This document shows positions 1-12,286 of a stretch of 64,000 bases of DNA, piece after piece. Source of the DNA: Podarcis vaucheri (Eukaryota); NCBI GenBank assembly GCA_965113315.1, contig OZ220366.1; one strand, written 5' to 3'. A program made the translations under genes and the position numbers. Numbering within the stretch: position 1 is the first letter of the stretch; each line of letters begins with the position of its first letter. Below the pieces are notes generated by a model. It ran no database searches and had not been told where the DNA came from. It was given only the letters and a program-made list of their open reading frames with translations.

Positions 1-469
1 CACTTGGTCTTGAAACTTAGTAAAGGAAACGTTGCACTCAGGAAACCTTGCAGGCAGGAGGCACAGCTGTCAGGTCAGAGAGGAGGGGGCTGAAAACACT
101 GAGCGTAACCACACCGAATGCCACAAACAGCCAAGGGAACTCTTTGCACTGATGTCAGAAGCTAAGCTCCATTTTACCTCGAGCGCACAGGTTTCCTTTC
201 CTTTATAGTGACTTCCAATCTCGTGCTTCAACAAAACTATCTTGTTACAATGAAACTTCAGCAGGCTAATCTGTTGGGAAACAGACTGTTGTTGTTGTTT
301 TTAACCTGTCTCTTATGGGGGCTACCCTTCCTACTAGGGCTGAAAGAGTTCAGTATTTTGTTAAGCTATGCAAATTTTCATTCAGTAGTTTTCTCTGAAA
401 AGGATGCTCACACCTCATGGCACTGTTTTAAACCATAATTGGACAATTGCAAAGAAATTGACAGTTTTT

Positions 470-600
470 TTCCATCTAGCTTGGTACTGTCTACACCTAC
501 TGACACTGGCTTGCTGGCACTTCAGACAGAAGCTTTTCTCTGTTGTAGCTAGAGACTGAACCCACTACCATGTGCTCCAAGACTGAACTACAGCCTCTCC
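470..600 (-). mobile_element. Degenerate tRNA-derived SINE (Squam2-like) fragment
   Basis: Reverse complement resembles the SINE at 35592-35770 (gtagacagtacc...ctagatgga tail motif). Confidence 0.45.
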
Positions 601-874
601 ACACATGGATTGGAGCCAGCATGAGTAGGGCAGTTTCCCCAAGAATGGAAATTTATGACTGCATTTGATTGAAACAAAAAATCAAACCGTGTACATGTAT
701 GAGAGAGACTGTCCTCTTTAAATGTTGCTGTAACTTGACCTTGTTCCATGTGATACATACTCGTGTTTATTCTGATCAGCCTTTAACTGGCCTTCATTGA
801 GATTGTGCTTTAATCCTGTTGAAATCTATACTCAATTTCATGCAATTGTTTTAAGTTCAATTAATTTCATTTTC

Positions 875-1415
875 CTGAGGAGTAGCCAGATGAGGCTGTT
901 GCAGCAAACTGCCAACAAAGAGTTTTGCAGCACCTTAAAAGACTAATACATTCATTATGGCAGCAGCTTTTGTACAGTTGACTTCATCAGATGCATTCAG
1001 CATTATCCTGAGGTGCAGGTGTCTATACACATGGTAGTGGGGAGGGAACTGTAAACAGCCAGATCAAAAGGCAGTGGACGTGCATAAAAGTATACAAATG
1101 GCTATTTGGCCATTCACAAAAAAAGATGTTGGTGATGAGAAAACCCTGGCATTGGTAAGCCAATTAACGACACATAGTGTGATTAAAAAACCCTGCCCTG
1201 ATTCAGTCCACAAGTAATAGCACTGAGTCTCTTGATGAATTGAAATTCAGTGGTTTCACATTTCAGTCTCCCCTGGAAGCTCCTTTGTTCTAGAATGACC
1301 AGTTAAGGATTAGAGCCAGAGTGCGGCCGTTGGTGTTTGATCATTGTCATTTGAGACTGGAATTCACAAAAGCTGCTGCCATAATAAATTTTTAAGGTGC
1401 CACCATACTCTTTTG
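875..1415 (-). mobile_element. Penelope-like retroelement relic (GIY-YIG C-terminus, pLTR and inverted partial pLTR)
   Basis: Minus strand ~1300-1175 translates as VILEQRSFQGRLKCETTEFQFIKRLSAITCGLNQGRVF*SHY, like the end of Penelope endonuclease ORFs. 920-985 and 1360-1415 are inverted copies of each other. Boundaries approximate. Confidence 0.7.
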
Positions 1416-2105
1416 AATATCTTCACTGGGACTTTAGTGTGACTTCATTTGGATCTGAGTCCCTGAGTACTGAATTTTCCTCTAATCCCCACCTCTGATT
1501 TTTCTCTGCTGCTGCTGCTTCAAAGACAGCACCATAATCTTTCCTCTAGAGTAGGCAAATGTGAATATGGATATACAGTATACTAGCATCCTTTTTTGTA
1601 GTGTTTCTCTAGGAACCGCTGAGCAGGCTGGATGAGTCTTTAGATAGGGGTGGGGATATGCATCTCAGTCTAGGCAACTGTTACTGTAAGCAGCACATCT
1701 GGGAGTAACCAGCAGTCAGATAAGGGGGTGTTTTTTAGCAAAAAAACCAGCATGGTCTCGCAATCTAGGCAGCTTGCTGAGCCAGAATTGGGGCTTGATG
1801 GGTGTTTTTTTACTCCAAAATAAAGTGGAGAAAAATTTGTTTGTTAAAATATATGACTGACCCAATGTGGAGTTTGGTCCTTTAGCTGCAGGAAAGTGGG
1901 ATGGGGCAGCCCTTAGTGTTTGTGTCACCCATTAATTGTTTAATTTGATAGCACATTGGTACCGATTCATGCAAATGTTACTGTCTTGTGAACTGTTCAA
2001 TCACATCTCTAATGAAACCCGGAGGTGGTCATTCTAAGAAACCCATCAACCTCTTTGTCTGTTAATTTGCCCAATTAGCATTTGTATTATTGATCTCTAG
2101 TCACT

Positions 2106-2300
2106 AAAGGTAAAGGTACTCCTGACCATTAGGTCCAGTTGTGACCGACTCTGGGGTTGTGGCGCTCATCTTGCTTTACTGGCAGAGGGAGCTGGCGTAC
2201 AGCTTCCAGGTCATGTGGCCAGCATGACTAAGCCGCTTCTGGCAAACCAGAGCAGTGCACAGAAACGCCGTTTACCTTCCCGCCGGAGTGGTACCTATTT
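2106..2300 (-). mobile_element. Sauria SINE, 3' part
   Basis: aaaggtaaaggt is the reverse complement of the (ACCTTT)n tail, followed by gggtcatgtggccagcatgac-like and gtttaccttcccgccggag body motifs. Confidence 0.85.
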
Positions 2301-2410
2301 GAAGCCATGAAGAGCCACTGAGTGAGGGGAACCAGTAGTTTGACTCTGGACTCAGTACAGGGCAACCTTCTCAATAATCAACACATGGGTTTGTTTGTTT
2401 TTTAATGCAG

Positions 2411-2514
2411 ATGCCAATGCCCTAGGCCTGACAGATCCAAGACTCTGCTACATTCTGGATGGGATCCTCTTGATTTATGCTATAATCATCACAGCCTGTT
2501 TCGTAAAACTAAAG
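2411..2514 (+). CDS. CD247: CD3 zeta exon 2 (ectodomain and transmembrane helix): (D)ANALGLTDPRLCYILDGILLIYAIIITACFVKLK
   Basis: tgcag acceptor, gtgagt donor, 104 nt; conserved LCY.LDGIL..Y....T motif with the dimer Cys and membrane Asp. Confidence 0.97.
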
Positions 2515-2932
2515 GTGAGTCCTAAGCCTCTTTAAAATGGGAAGACTCTTGATCTTTAACATACAAGGAATGACCTGTGAAACTTGTATTTTTATTTGTA
2601 AACTCCGTGTCTTCAATTTCCTGCCCCAATTCCACCCACTTTTTCCAACACGAGAATAAGGATGAGCACCGATGAGCTGTTGGACACTTGGATTCATTTG
2701 AGAAACCGGTTATCCATGGTGTTTGGAAACTTCAGCATTTCAACAGAGCATTCCACTGGGCACCTGGTATGCTGGACAATGCTTTGGATGGTTATACAGT
2801 CATGTATAACCTGAGGAAATCAAAGATGCTTTGTGCTAAGGAACTTCTCACCACTCAGCAGTAGGTTTCTTTAAACTTGCTGGATCCTCCCAAGCCCTTT
2901 CTGGGATCAGTAGATGGAACAACGAAGTTGTG

Positions 2933-3068
2933 CAAGGATGGTAAACTGGTGTCCTTGCTGGACTTCAATTCCCATCACCCCTGACCACTGGCCATGCTGA
3001 CTGGGCACCTGGGGTGATGACAGTTGAAATCCAGCCACATCTGGAGGACCACAGGTTCCCCATTCCTG
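2933..3068. mobile_element. Short hAT-like MITE (quasi-palindromic family)
   Basis: caaggatgg...ccattcctg termini; related copies at 9849-9986 and 10467-10608. Confidence 0.6.
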
Positions 3069-4963
3069 AAGGAGGGTATCCTGAGAAGTCACTGGAGATG
3101 CCTGGCACTTTGCGGTCTCTTCATTGATTCCTTAGGACCAGGTGGGAAATCTCTGGCCTGCAAGCTAAACTTCACCTGCCAGTCTTCTCCATTTGGCTCA
3201 AGAGACTTTTTTTTCCTCTGAAACCATACACACCTGCCCTACCCCTGATGTCAGGTATGAGGTTGCAGAAAGCAGGACTGTATATCCTGTGTATCTGCTG
3301 ATGTGCAGAGTTCAGTCCTGTGTGGGTGTGGCTTGGCCAAAATGGCCTTGCCGGCCGAATGGAGAAGTGTGGCTGACCTAATGAGGCAGATGGGCTGGAA
3401 GTTCCCCCTGCTGACCTATAAGCAGGAAGCAACAATATGACTGTAAACTTGGTCCCTTTTCTCACGGGCATTAAATACAGAAGAAGAAAGCTTTAAATGA
3501 AGAAGTGAAAATATAGGCAGTGGGCAAGAAGGGGCCGCGATGCTTGAGTCCAGCAGAAAACAGCTGATCTTAACATTGGAAACCTTTCATGAGCTAGCCT
3601 GAGGGTAAAGAAATTGGTTTACATTCCCACTGCCTGATACACATTGTTTATAACTACTGGAGTCAAAACTTCTGCCCATTGCCGAGTCAAGAAGGTGATC
3701 ATTAGGGAGGGCATGGTAAAGTACCCTAGTGAAAGGGTTTCTCTGTTTTACCACTGAGATTCTGATCGAGGAGTAAGTCAATTGACAACCAGCTGCTTGC
3801 TTCCAGCCCCAGATATTGGCCAAGTGAAAAGCAAAAACCATCCCTTCAAACCTAATGAAAGACATTTTAAATGGTGGCAGCTGCTGTTTGTGGTCCTCTG
3901 GTGACTCCTTTGCAAGCTGAGTTATCAATGCAAAGACTGAATCTTTTGCCTTTCCCACTCTGTATTCATATTCACACACAGGTAAGCAATGTATACAGAG
4001 ACAAGAAGTACAAAGAGAGAGAAGGGAAGATGCAGACCTGTTGCAACTTTCCCTCTTGTGTACACTGTAGTGGGGGTGTTTCTGGTTTTATCTATTTCCA
4101 CGTGTACCCATTTGTTTCATTCTGTCTTCTGTGGGATTATGTGGTGCACTTCGTAGGTGATATAGCATAGTTCTGTGTTGGGAATTCCCCATCATTCTGA
4201 GGATGGGAGGTACAGGAATGTGGAGTTTATTCATGTTTTTTGTGAGAGAAGTTAAATGAGTGTAGTTTTTTCTGCCACTTATGCCCCCCGCATAATGTCT
4301 ATGACAACGGTACCTCATAACGAATGTAAACGAACTGTGAAAAAGACTCTATGAACTGAAAGTGGAGATGCTTTATGTACTTTTTTTATTACACAAGAAA
4401 ACCTTTAGTAATAACTAATTAAAAACAAAACAGCAAAACAAAACACTTTCCCTCTTGGAAATTTGAGATTTCATACCTGCCATTAAAAGGTGCCTGATGA
4501 ACAATACTTACTTTGGAACCATTTTTCCATTTACCAACAAATGGGTAAATCTCTACCATTGCCACTAGGAGGTTGTTTAGCTGCAAATAAAGTTAGGATA
4601 AGATTGCAAGAACACTGCAGATAAACTTTTCAGTACTCTATTAATATCCTAAAACATGTTTGATCTTCTTAACGGCTTGGTGCTCTGCATATCACAATGT
4701 ATGCATAGTTCCTGAGAGTTTAGGAAAAGATGACCAAAGATCTAGAAATTCTATGATGAATCTACATTTTTACATGCTTTTTTAATATGCAGTTTTCATA
4801 CACTTACGTAACTGGCGTTATTCGAGTTTGGGAACAAGAGAATATTGGAATCGCCATGAAATGTGTGGGTTGTAGGTTTATAAAGCACCATTTATAAATC
4901 ACTAGCAGAAATTATCCTGTTAAAGTCACATTCAGAGATAGAAATGGGCTTTGTGTTTTCCAG

Positions 4964-5020
4964 ATATGCAAAGGCTCTCCTGAACCTCAAACTTCTCAGA
5001 ATTCAGAGGACCTATATAAT
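4964..5020 (+). CDS. CD247: CD3 zeta exon 3: ICKGSPEPQTSQNSEDLYN
   Basis: ttttccag acceptor, gtaagt donor, 57 nt, phase 0/0; ends in LYN, the first ITAM1 tyrosine. Confidence 0.93.
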
Positions 5021-6169
5021 GTAAGTACTAAACTTATGTCTTCTTGAAATTGAATGATTTTTATTTCACAAATAAAATAATTATAGTAGGACAGACAATT
5101 AAATGAGACCAGATTTCGTGGATCTGCCCTCAAGATTCAACTAGGACTCCTCCAGAGTCAGGGCAAATCCTAAGCAGATTTTTAAAATTCATTACCCCTT
5201 TTGTTCAGAGTCCTCTCAAGTTCCCCCAGCTTAGCAAGGGGGTAGAGTTAATGGCAGTGAGATCTTCTGGCAATAGAGTGGGTCTCAGGAGTTAGGTTTA
5301 AATCAGAAGTGGAGAATCTTTTCTGTCTGGTGGACCAGATCTTAGTCTGTTCTCCTGGTGGACCAAATCAAACAGGTGGCCTTAGGGATGTCAGATGCTG
5401 CTGCGGTTTGAAGCCCCAATAGTTGGGACTTCAAAGCACAGTTTGGGTGGCAGCCCCTCCACAATGAGGAGCATGCAGACCCAGTTTTATATCAAATAAA
5501 ATTACAGCATCCAGTAGATCGCCTCCCAATTAACTAGATTTAAACTATATTCCATTTGGAATATACTCTTGTCTTTCAGTGTGTGGTCTTCTCCATACTA
5601 ATTAAAATAGTGGTTTTGCTTTGCTGCATCCTCACTTTAATAATTTGAAAGAAACATACATTCTAAGGAGTTTCTGGATAGGGCAGCACTCTCAAGCGTA
5701 TTCTTCTATTTTTAATCACTAGATTAAAGTCTAGAGTTAAGGCAACCTTTGGCTTACCTGGCTTACCTATTTGCTATGAAAGTGATGGCAGTGCTCTGTT
5801 CTGATACAGAAATACTCAAGAGTGTCTCCATTGCCCCACCCATACTTTACCTTTTGCATGTTACTTCTGCACATTCCTCCATTATGTCAATAGCCCAAAA
5901 CTGGAATGTAGCAAGTATTTGATAGGTGCTCACCACAGGCAATCATCTCCCAACCAACCAGGTGTATGCCCATTGCTGAGAGGGGATTGCGCCAGGCAAT
6001 CAGCTGGCAATCATGTTGGAGGCCCTGTGGGTTCCTAGGTCCAGGAAACTGGTCCATCAGCTGTTCTGGGCAGCTGTGTAATTGGAGCATTGCCGCTGGA
6101 AACTCAGATGCATTCCATGTCCAAGAGTGCTTTTTGCCAGCTTGGGCTGGTATGGCAGTTGCAACCATT

Positions 6170-6690
6170 CTTGGACCAGTCTTGGAGAAAGTGACCCACA
6201 CATTGGTAACCTCTAGGCTTGATTACTGGAACACACCTTACATGGGGCTGCCCTTGAATTTGGTCCAGAAACTGCAGCTATTGTTGGTCTGTGGGGCAAC
6301 CTGTCAACATATGACACCTCTGTTGAAAGCATTGCATGAGTTTCCAGTTTGCTCCTGGGCCATATTACAGTTCTGGACCAGGATATCTGATAAGCCAGTC
6401 ACTTAGATCTGTGGATGAAGATTTCTTGACAGTGCCACAGTCTCATGCAGTAAAGCCTGACATGACTTGAACATGTTGGGGTTTTTTTTAAAACATTATA
6501 GCAGCAGTTCTCTGGAATTCTTTCCCTCCAGAATGCTATTGCCAATATTGTTTGGTTTAAACACTGCCTGTTTGTGGAACTTACACTTTTACATGTGGTT
6601 TTTGTTTTAAATACACTATGATTTATTTATTTTTTGATATTGTGTAAAACACTCTGGATATTGTGTAAACCTATAAACACTGGAAACATA
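6170..6690 (+). mobile_element. L2 LINE 3' fragment, degenerate
   Basis: Translates VTHTLVTSRLDYWNTPYMGLPLNLVQKLQL...HMTPLLKALHEFPV, matching the L2 ORF2 C-terminal motifs (SRLDYCN, LHWLP). Confidence 0.8.
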
Positions 6691-6834
6691 AAATGGTTGC
6701 TTTTGGTGTTGATTTACACCCATGGAAGGAAATCTGTGTGTTGGATGTTTGCAGGAGACTGCATGGCTGTGTCGGTAGAACATGAGACTCTTAAGAACAG
6801 GGTTGTGGGTCCGAGCCCCATGCTGGGCAAAACA

Positions 6835-6905
6835 TTCCCACATTGCAGAGGGTTGGACTAGATGACCCTTGTGGTCCCTTCCAACTCTACAGTTCTATAA
6901 TTCAA
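6835..6905 (+). mobile_element. CR1 LINE 3' end fragment
   Basis: ggttggactagatgaccctt...gtcccttccaactctacagttcta, the typical CR1 3' terminus. Confidence 0.75.
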
Positions 6906-7699
6906 TGAAAAAAACTCTTCTCGAATCACCCTTTTTATTTCTGCAGCGTTTTATTCTAGCTGGCTTTACATTTTGAATATTGTTTAAAAATTCATATTAT
7001 ATTTCATAATAACACAGGTTGTTCCAGCAGAAGCCAGTGCAAGAAATTCCTTTAGTGCAATGGAACTTCTCCCCCTACACCCTACATAAATCTGCTTGGG
7101 AGAGTCAAGAGGAGGAGAGGGAGATCATTCTATCAGGAAAGCAGAAATGCTTGCACTGACAAAATGATGCCCTTAGCCTGACATAGTATCCCACCCACAG
7201 TCTATTTTTGTACACCACTCAGGTATTCTTTTACTGTAGAGCAATTTCTAAATTCTTAAATCAGTCAATAAGCAAGGAAAGCCTTGTGTAGTTATGGGGA
7301 AATGGCTACACATGTAGTGGTCCTATTCTGGCCTAAAGTCTAGAGACAGGTGGTTTGTGGGCTTTGAAGGAGGAGAGAGCGCGACCTACATGAGTTCTTC
7401 ACAGCAGTGTCCTATGTGAAAGCAGGGTTAACCTTGTTTTCCTGTTCAGAATCAAGAGATTCTGGTTGGCTCCTGCTAGAAGAGAGAATGAACTTGCACG
7501 TGCAGCTTACACCATGTTGCTGCCATGAAGACTCTATGTGTGGCCAGCTCGGTTTCCTGTTTAGTATAAGAGCCAGCAGCTCTAATGCTAGAAGGAAGGT
7601 GAAGAGAGAGGCCTGTTGTACAAGGGCTGTGCATGGGACTGTGACTATGGCTAAGAGGCAGCCCTGCAGTAGCAGAGAGAAGGATAATTGGCAGAAAAC

Positions 7700-8055
7700 T
7701 TTGGGATGGCCCTTGTGAATGGAAGGGTTTATATGAGAGGTTACTGGGAAGCCTGCATTGGCATCCCATGAAAGGTGGATGGTGGGAGATTCAGGAAGCA
7801 AGTACTTCTCAGCATAACACAAGAGTTGAATTATGGGATTTGCAGCCCCAAGATGTACATGGTCACCAATTTATGAGTTTTCAAAGGTGTCTAGACAAAT
7901 TCCTGGAGATCATCAACAGCTACTAGTTACAATGCCTCTGGCATTGGGGGCAGTATGTCTCTGAATACCTGGTATGACCCAGGTATGGTCCAGAAGAGTG
8001 TTGTGCTCAGCATAGGCCACGGAGAGAAAATAATGCTGGATTAGATGGGCTTTCA
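7700..8055 (+). mobile_element. CR1 LINE 3' fragment, degenerate
   Basis: Similar to the 3' end of the CR1 at 39950-40340 (aagtacttct...ctagacaaattc..ggag...ttagatggg). Confidence 0.7.
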
Positions 8056-8293
8056 GTTTCTTAATTAATCCCTTGACTGCGGAAGGATTGGGGAAAGTGT
8101 TAGCAACTTGTGTCTAGGACCAGGATTTTATGGGATGGTTTTAACATAACAGAATGTGATTTATTGAGCTCATGTTTGTTTTTGAGTCTATTTTGAAGAC
8201 ACAGTACTGGTCAGCCCGTTAGGAGCTCGGGACTGCAACTTACCAATGAGCTGTCATTCTTGTAAATGTCCCCATCTATATATTTCATTTCAG

Positions 8294-8380
8294 AGATTGT
8301 CTCATGGAACCAGAGATGAATATGCATCGCTGGGAGCGAAACAGACAGATGCTGACATTGAAGTAGGGGGGAAAGCCCAG
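8294..8380 (+). CDS. CD247: CD3 zeta exon 4: RLSHGTRDEYASLGAKQTDADIEVGGKAQ
   Basis: tttcag acceptor, gtacct donor, 87 nt; completes ITAM1 YNRL-x7-YASL. Confidence 0.93.
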
Positions 8381-8498
8381 GTACCTTCACTCATCTCATC
8401 CTGGTCCTTTTATTGAATTCAGGCCACTCTTTTCTGTGCAGAGAAAATGTCAGCCCAGCTCAGGCAGCCACTGGGACATGGCATCCCTGACCTCTCCT

Positions 8499-8582
8499 AA
8501 AACGGCAAAGAATCTGATGGCACTTTGAAGACTAATAGATTGTTTGTGGATTACAGTCCAGTTCCTTAAGTGCATGAAGTGC
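8499..8582 (-). mobile_element. Second degenerate Penelope pLTR fragment
   Basis: caaagaatctgatggcactttgaagactaatagatt resembles 915-955. Confidence 0.5.
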
Positions 8583-8950
8583 TACTCTGAGTTACAGGGG
8601 TGGGTGGGTGCACACGTATGTGGTTTGGTTAAGCCATTAAATTGCAATGTTTCAGCCCCATAGCCTGTGGGCTGAATAGAGACAAAGGATCGTTCACACA
8701 TTATATATGTCAGGATGTCGGTGCTATCAACAGCTGTTGATAGCCCCCTTTCCACTGCCATGTGTACATATACCAGCAACTCAGTATAATGCTTCATGCA
8801 TCGTCAAATGCAGCTAGAAATTTTGTGACTAATCCCAGACTAGCATCTCTGTAAGAATCTCTGCAATGCCTTGCACATCCCCAAATATTTTTTTGATATT
8901 GTCTGCAAGAACTGTTCCAAGAACTGCTTGTTTATTCTTCCCCTTTTCAG

Positions 8951-8986
8951 CACAGAAGAAAACAAGCTCAGGACAGAGTTTACAGT
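8951..8986 (+). CDS. CD247: CD3 zeta exon 5: HRRKQAQDRVYS
   Basis: ccttttcag acceptor, gtaagt donor, 36 nt; basic stretch plus the first ITAM2 tyrosine. Confidence 0.93.
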
Positions 8987-9848
8987 GTAAGTAAAACCAA
9001 GAACTGACCATTTCAGAAAAGCATTTTGGTTTCTTGCCATATTGTCTAGAATTTCTCTAAATTGCTTTTCAGTTTTCTGAAATGACCAGCCACCTTCACA
9101 TAAAACCCACCTAAAGACATCTGAAACAACACTGGGAAGTAAATTGTGCTACCATGGAGGCATCACCCTCATTAATTTATCTCGTTTTGCACACAAATGA
9201 CGATTTGCCAGTGTATTTGTTTGATTGTTTGTGAGCGCATGGGTGCAAAATACCTCTCCCAGAATGTGTTTCAAGACCCAGCTTGTTTTCATGCTGTTAA
9301 TGAACCCCATAAGCAGTTTGCTTTGGTTTACAAAAACTGATATTCCTGTTGCATTTTAGCCTCACTCTGCTAGAGTCCACTTTTTCTTTCTTTTTAAAGA
9401 ATGTTTTCTGCACCTGCATGCAAACTTTTTTTATATGTGTGCATGTCTGTTCCTATGCCATTTCAGCAGCACGCTACTTTTGTGATCTGTTTTCCTCTGC
9501 TGCAGCAAACAGCTGCCATGAAATAGCTTATTTCCTCTCCTTGTGAGGTGTGTAAATGAACCTCTCTCTGCCTCCTCCCAGCCAGGTTTATCTTCTGTAT
9601 TCCTACTCCTTGTTTCTATTTAGCTGCTGCATCCCTCCCTTAGTGTAACTTGAGGGAGAGAAGAAAAACTATTGCTGGAATTGCTGCTTCTCAGGCATTG
9701 AGGTGCTACTACGGTATCAGCAATTGGTTCCAAAGTCACAAGCACTGAACTTTAGGAAAGCAAAGCATAAGGCTCCATGTAATCACTTTTCAAATGAATT
9801 GTATGCCATTAATGACAGGTAGAATGTGCAATTGAACAGACTGTATGG

Positions 9849-9986
9849 CAGGCATGGGAAACCATTGGCTCTTCATATCATGTTGGACTCCAAGTCCCAT
9901 TAGCCCCAGCAAACATGGCCAATGGCCAGGGATGTTGGGAGCAGAAGTTCAGCAACATGTGGAGGGCCAGAGTTTTCCCCAACCTG
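9849..9986. mobile_element. Short hAT-like MITE
   Basis: caggcatgggaaac...gttttccccaacctg inverted termini; same family as 2933-3068. Confidence 0.6.
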
Positions 9987-10466
9987 CTCTGTGGGGTAGT
10001 ATTCCCCAGCACCCGCCCCAGTTGTGGTAGTGCAAGTTTGTTGTACAGGAGGAAGTACTGTTGACTACAGCAATCTGCTGTGTGACCTGCCACAAGGCTT
10101 CCTGCCCTTTCCTTATGCAACTAGTAGCCCACCAAGGGATGCTCAATTAGTGCAACATTGAAATCCTCCCATGTCTGTAGTATGGGAGTAGCAGGGACCT
10201 ATTTGACATGGGGGGAAATAACCAAATAAAGAGAGTATAAAGCAAGAGTAAGTGCTGACCTGCAGGGTCTCCTCATCTGGCCTGCAGCATCCCCCCTTCT
10301 GCAAGTAGACTTGAAAGGAGTTTTTTTTACTGTACTCAACAAGTGGTTTCTTTCAAGTCTAACTGCAATGTGAAGGAAGAAACATTGCCTTAGTCTGGAC
10401 CACCAATCACATCTCCTCTCCCATGAATGAACACAGGGAAAGTATTGTTTTGTTATATCTATATAG

Positions 10467-10608
10467 CAAGGATAGGGAACCTGTAGGTGGCTCTCTAGAT
10501 GATGCTAGACTACAATGTTTATCGTCCCTGACCACTGGACATTGCTTGCTGGGGTTGATGTGAGCTGGAAGAACATCTGGAGGGAGAGTCCATGGTTTCT
10601 TATCTCTG
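10467..10608. mobile_element. Short hAT-like MITE
   Basis: caaggatagggaacc...ggtttcttatctctg; same family as 2933-3068. Confidence 0.55.
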
Positions 10609-10687
10609 ACAAAGAGGAGTGGTATGACAGAAAACAGTACTTTAATTTTATTCGTGCTGACACTATTTTCTGATCTTCCATGGCCAG

Positions 10688-10744
10688 GCTCTACAGCGGG
10701 ATAAGATGGCTGAAGCATACAGCGAAATTGGAAAGAAAGGAGAG
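10688..10744 (+). CDS. CD247: CD3 zeta exon 6: ALQRDKMAEAYSEIGKKGE
   Basis: ccag acceptor, gtaagt donor, 57 nt; DKMAEAYSEIG hallmark; ITAM2 YSAL-x8-YSEI. Confidence 0.98.
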
Positions 10745-11110
10745 GTAAGTGACACTTCGTGCCAATTTGGCTCTACACATAAGGTGCCAAGGTGGCTTCA
10801 GGCACTACTCTGCCTGCTTTTTTCCTACCCTTTATTTAAAGTAGTACTGTCAAGCAAAACAGAAGTTATAGTATCCTCCTCACCCTTTTGATATTGTTTG
10901 AATGACACTTCTGTGCTTTATAATTTTTATTTATTACTGATTAAGGGGCAGTTGAGTCAGATTGTGCAGCACCTTCTTAAAAGACCAATCAGAAGCAAGC
11001 CTCCCACTTCCCCCAGTTAAATTGAGCCACGTGTGAGTGTAATTATTTGCATGGGCAAAAAAGATTTTGGCGGGGAGATTTTGTATTGATGCTGGGCTTC
11101 TTTTTTTCAG

Positions 11111-11146
11111 AGACGACGTGGCAAAGGCAGTGAAACAGTTTATCAG
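11111..11146 (+). CDS. CD247: CD3 zeta exon 7: RRRGKGSETVYQ
   Basis: ttttttttcag acceptor, gtaagg donor, 36 nt, phase 0/0; RRRGKG basic stretch. Confidence 0.97.
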
Positions 11147-11654
11147 GTAAGGCACAGCAATAGCAAGCCTATCTCCCTACAAACTTCAGGGTCACAATCC
11201 TATGGAAGCAAGCTGCACAAAAGCAGCTCACACAGGAATCTTGTTTGCCTTTGCTAGTTTCTGGCATACATGCACCCTGTCAATTTGGATCACCGTTCTA
11301 CAATGGGAGAACAGAGCAAGTGCCCTGTTCCTCACTTTGAGCCACCTAAGAGAATATTTTTGCTTGCCCAGAGGTGTTAATGCAGTCTGTGAAGGAACAA
11401 GTACAGAGGCGCGTCTGAGGGCAGTATACATCTTTGCTTCCTCCAACAAACAATGGACCAGTCACATTCTTCTCCTAAGCAGGACTTTTGCCTTGCTATG
11501 AGTATCAGCCTGTCACCTTTATTTACTCTGGATAGAAAGCCAGAATTGCTGGGCTTATTTTTAGCAGGGGCATATGGACTTAGTACTTCTGATTAATAAC
11601 TACAGTTATATTGATTTAGTTATAACTTTGAGTCATCTCATCTTTCTTTATCAG

Positions 11655-11723
11655 GGTCTCAGCAAAGCAACGAAGGATACATACGATGTCCTTCAAATGC
11701 AGCCCCTACCACCTCCTTACTAG
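11655..11723 (+). CDS. CD247: CD3 zeta exon 8 coding part: GLSKATKDTYDVLQMQPLPPPY*
   Basis: tttatcag acceptor; completes ITAM3 YQGL-x7-YDVL; TAG at 11721-11723. Confidence 0.97.
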   Translation, partial: GLSKATKDTYDVLQMQPLPPPY

Positions 11724-12280
11724 CTACAGTTGAGTCTAGCAAGAGGAGAACTATTTCCATGGCGAGCGGGAATCTTGATTACCATTCTCAAGATGATCTG
11801 TTCAGAAATCTGTTGCCTTCTACAACAAATGCCACTTTTACATGAGCATAAAAACCAAAGCTCCTTTTTAAAACTAATTTCAAGTTGTAGCTTTCAAAGT
11901 GTACATAGCTATAGAGCTTGGGCACCATGTTGTTGCTCAGTTAAAATTTAAGACCAGCTGCTGCGATGGCTATTTCAAAGTCATTTTCTTTTCTGGAGAA
12001 AGATGTTTTTTGAAGCTAAATGTGCATTAAAAAATATTGCTCATGTGGAAGGATTTCGTTCCAAAACATCAGATAATTCTGAGCACCAACAGGTTAACTG
12101 CCCCCCGCCCTCTTGTTATAGGTTTGGGTTTTTATTTATAAATAGCAACTGGGGTTTGGGGGAGGAGATATACAGTGTATCACCATTGCCCCGAAGGACC
12201 TTTTTAAACACTCTTTTGCCAAGATACAAAAACATGCACCACCACTGACCTTGGACTGAGTGCAGTAGGGCATTCTTTGG

Positions 12281-12286
12281 AATAAA
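12281..12286 (+). terminator. CD247: Candidate proximal poly(A) signal of CD247
   Basis: First AATAAA seen after the stop codon, ~560 nt downstream. Confidence 0.45.

Noticed and set aside
8945-8956. Tandem acceptor at CD247 exon 5 like the mammalian plus/minus Gln variant
   Set aside because: Sequence is cag|cacag; the second AG is 5 nt away and out of frame, so it is not a NAGNAG.
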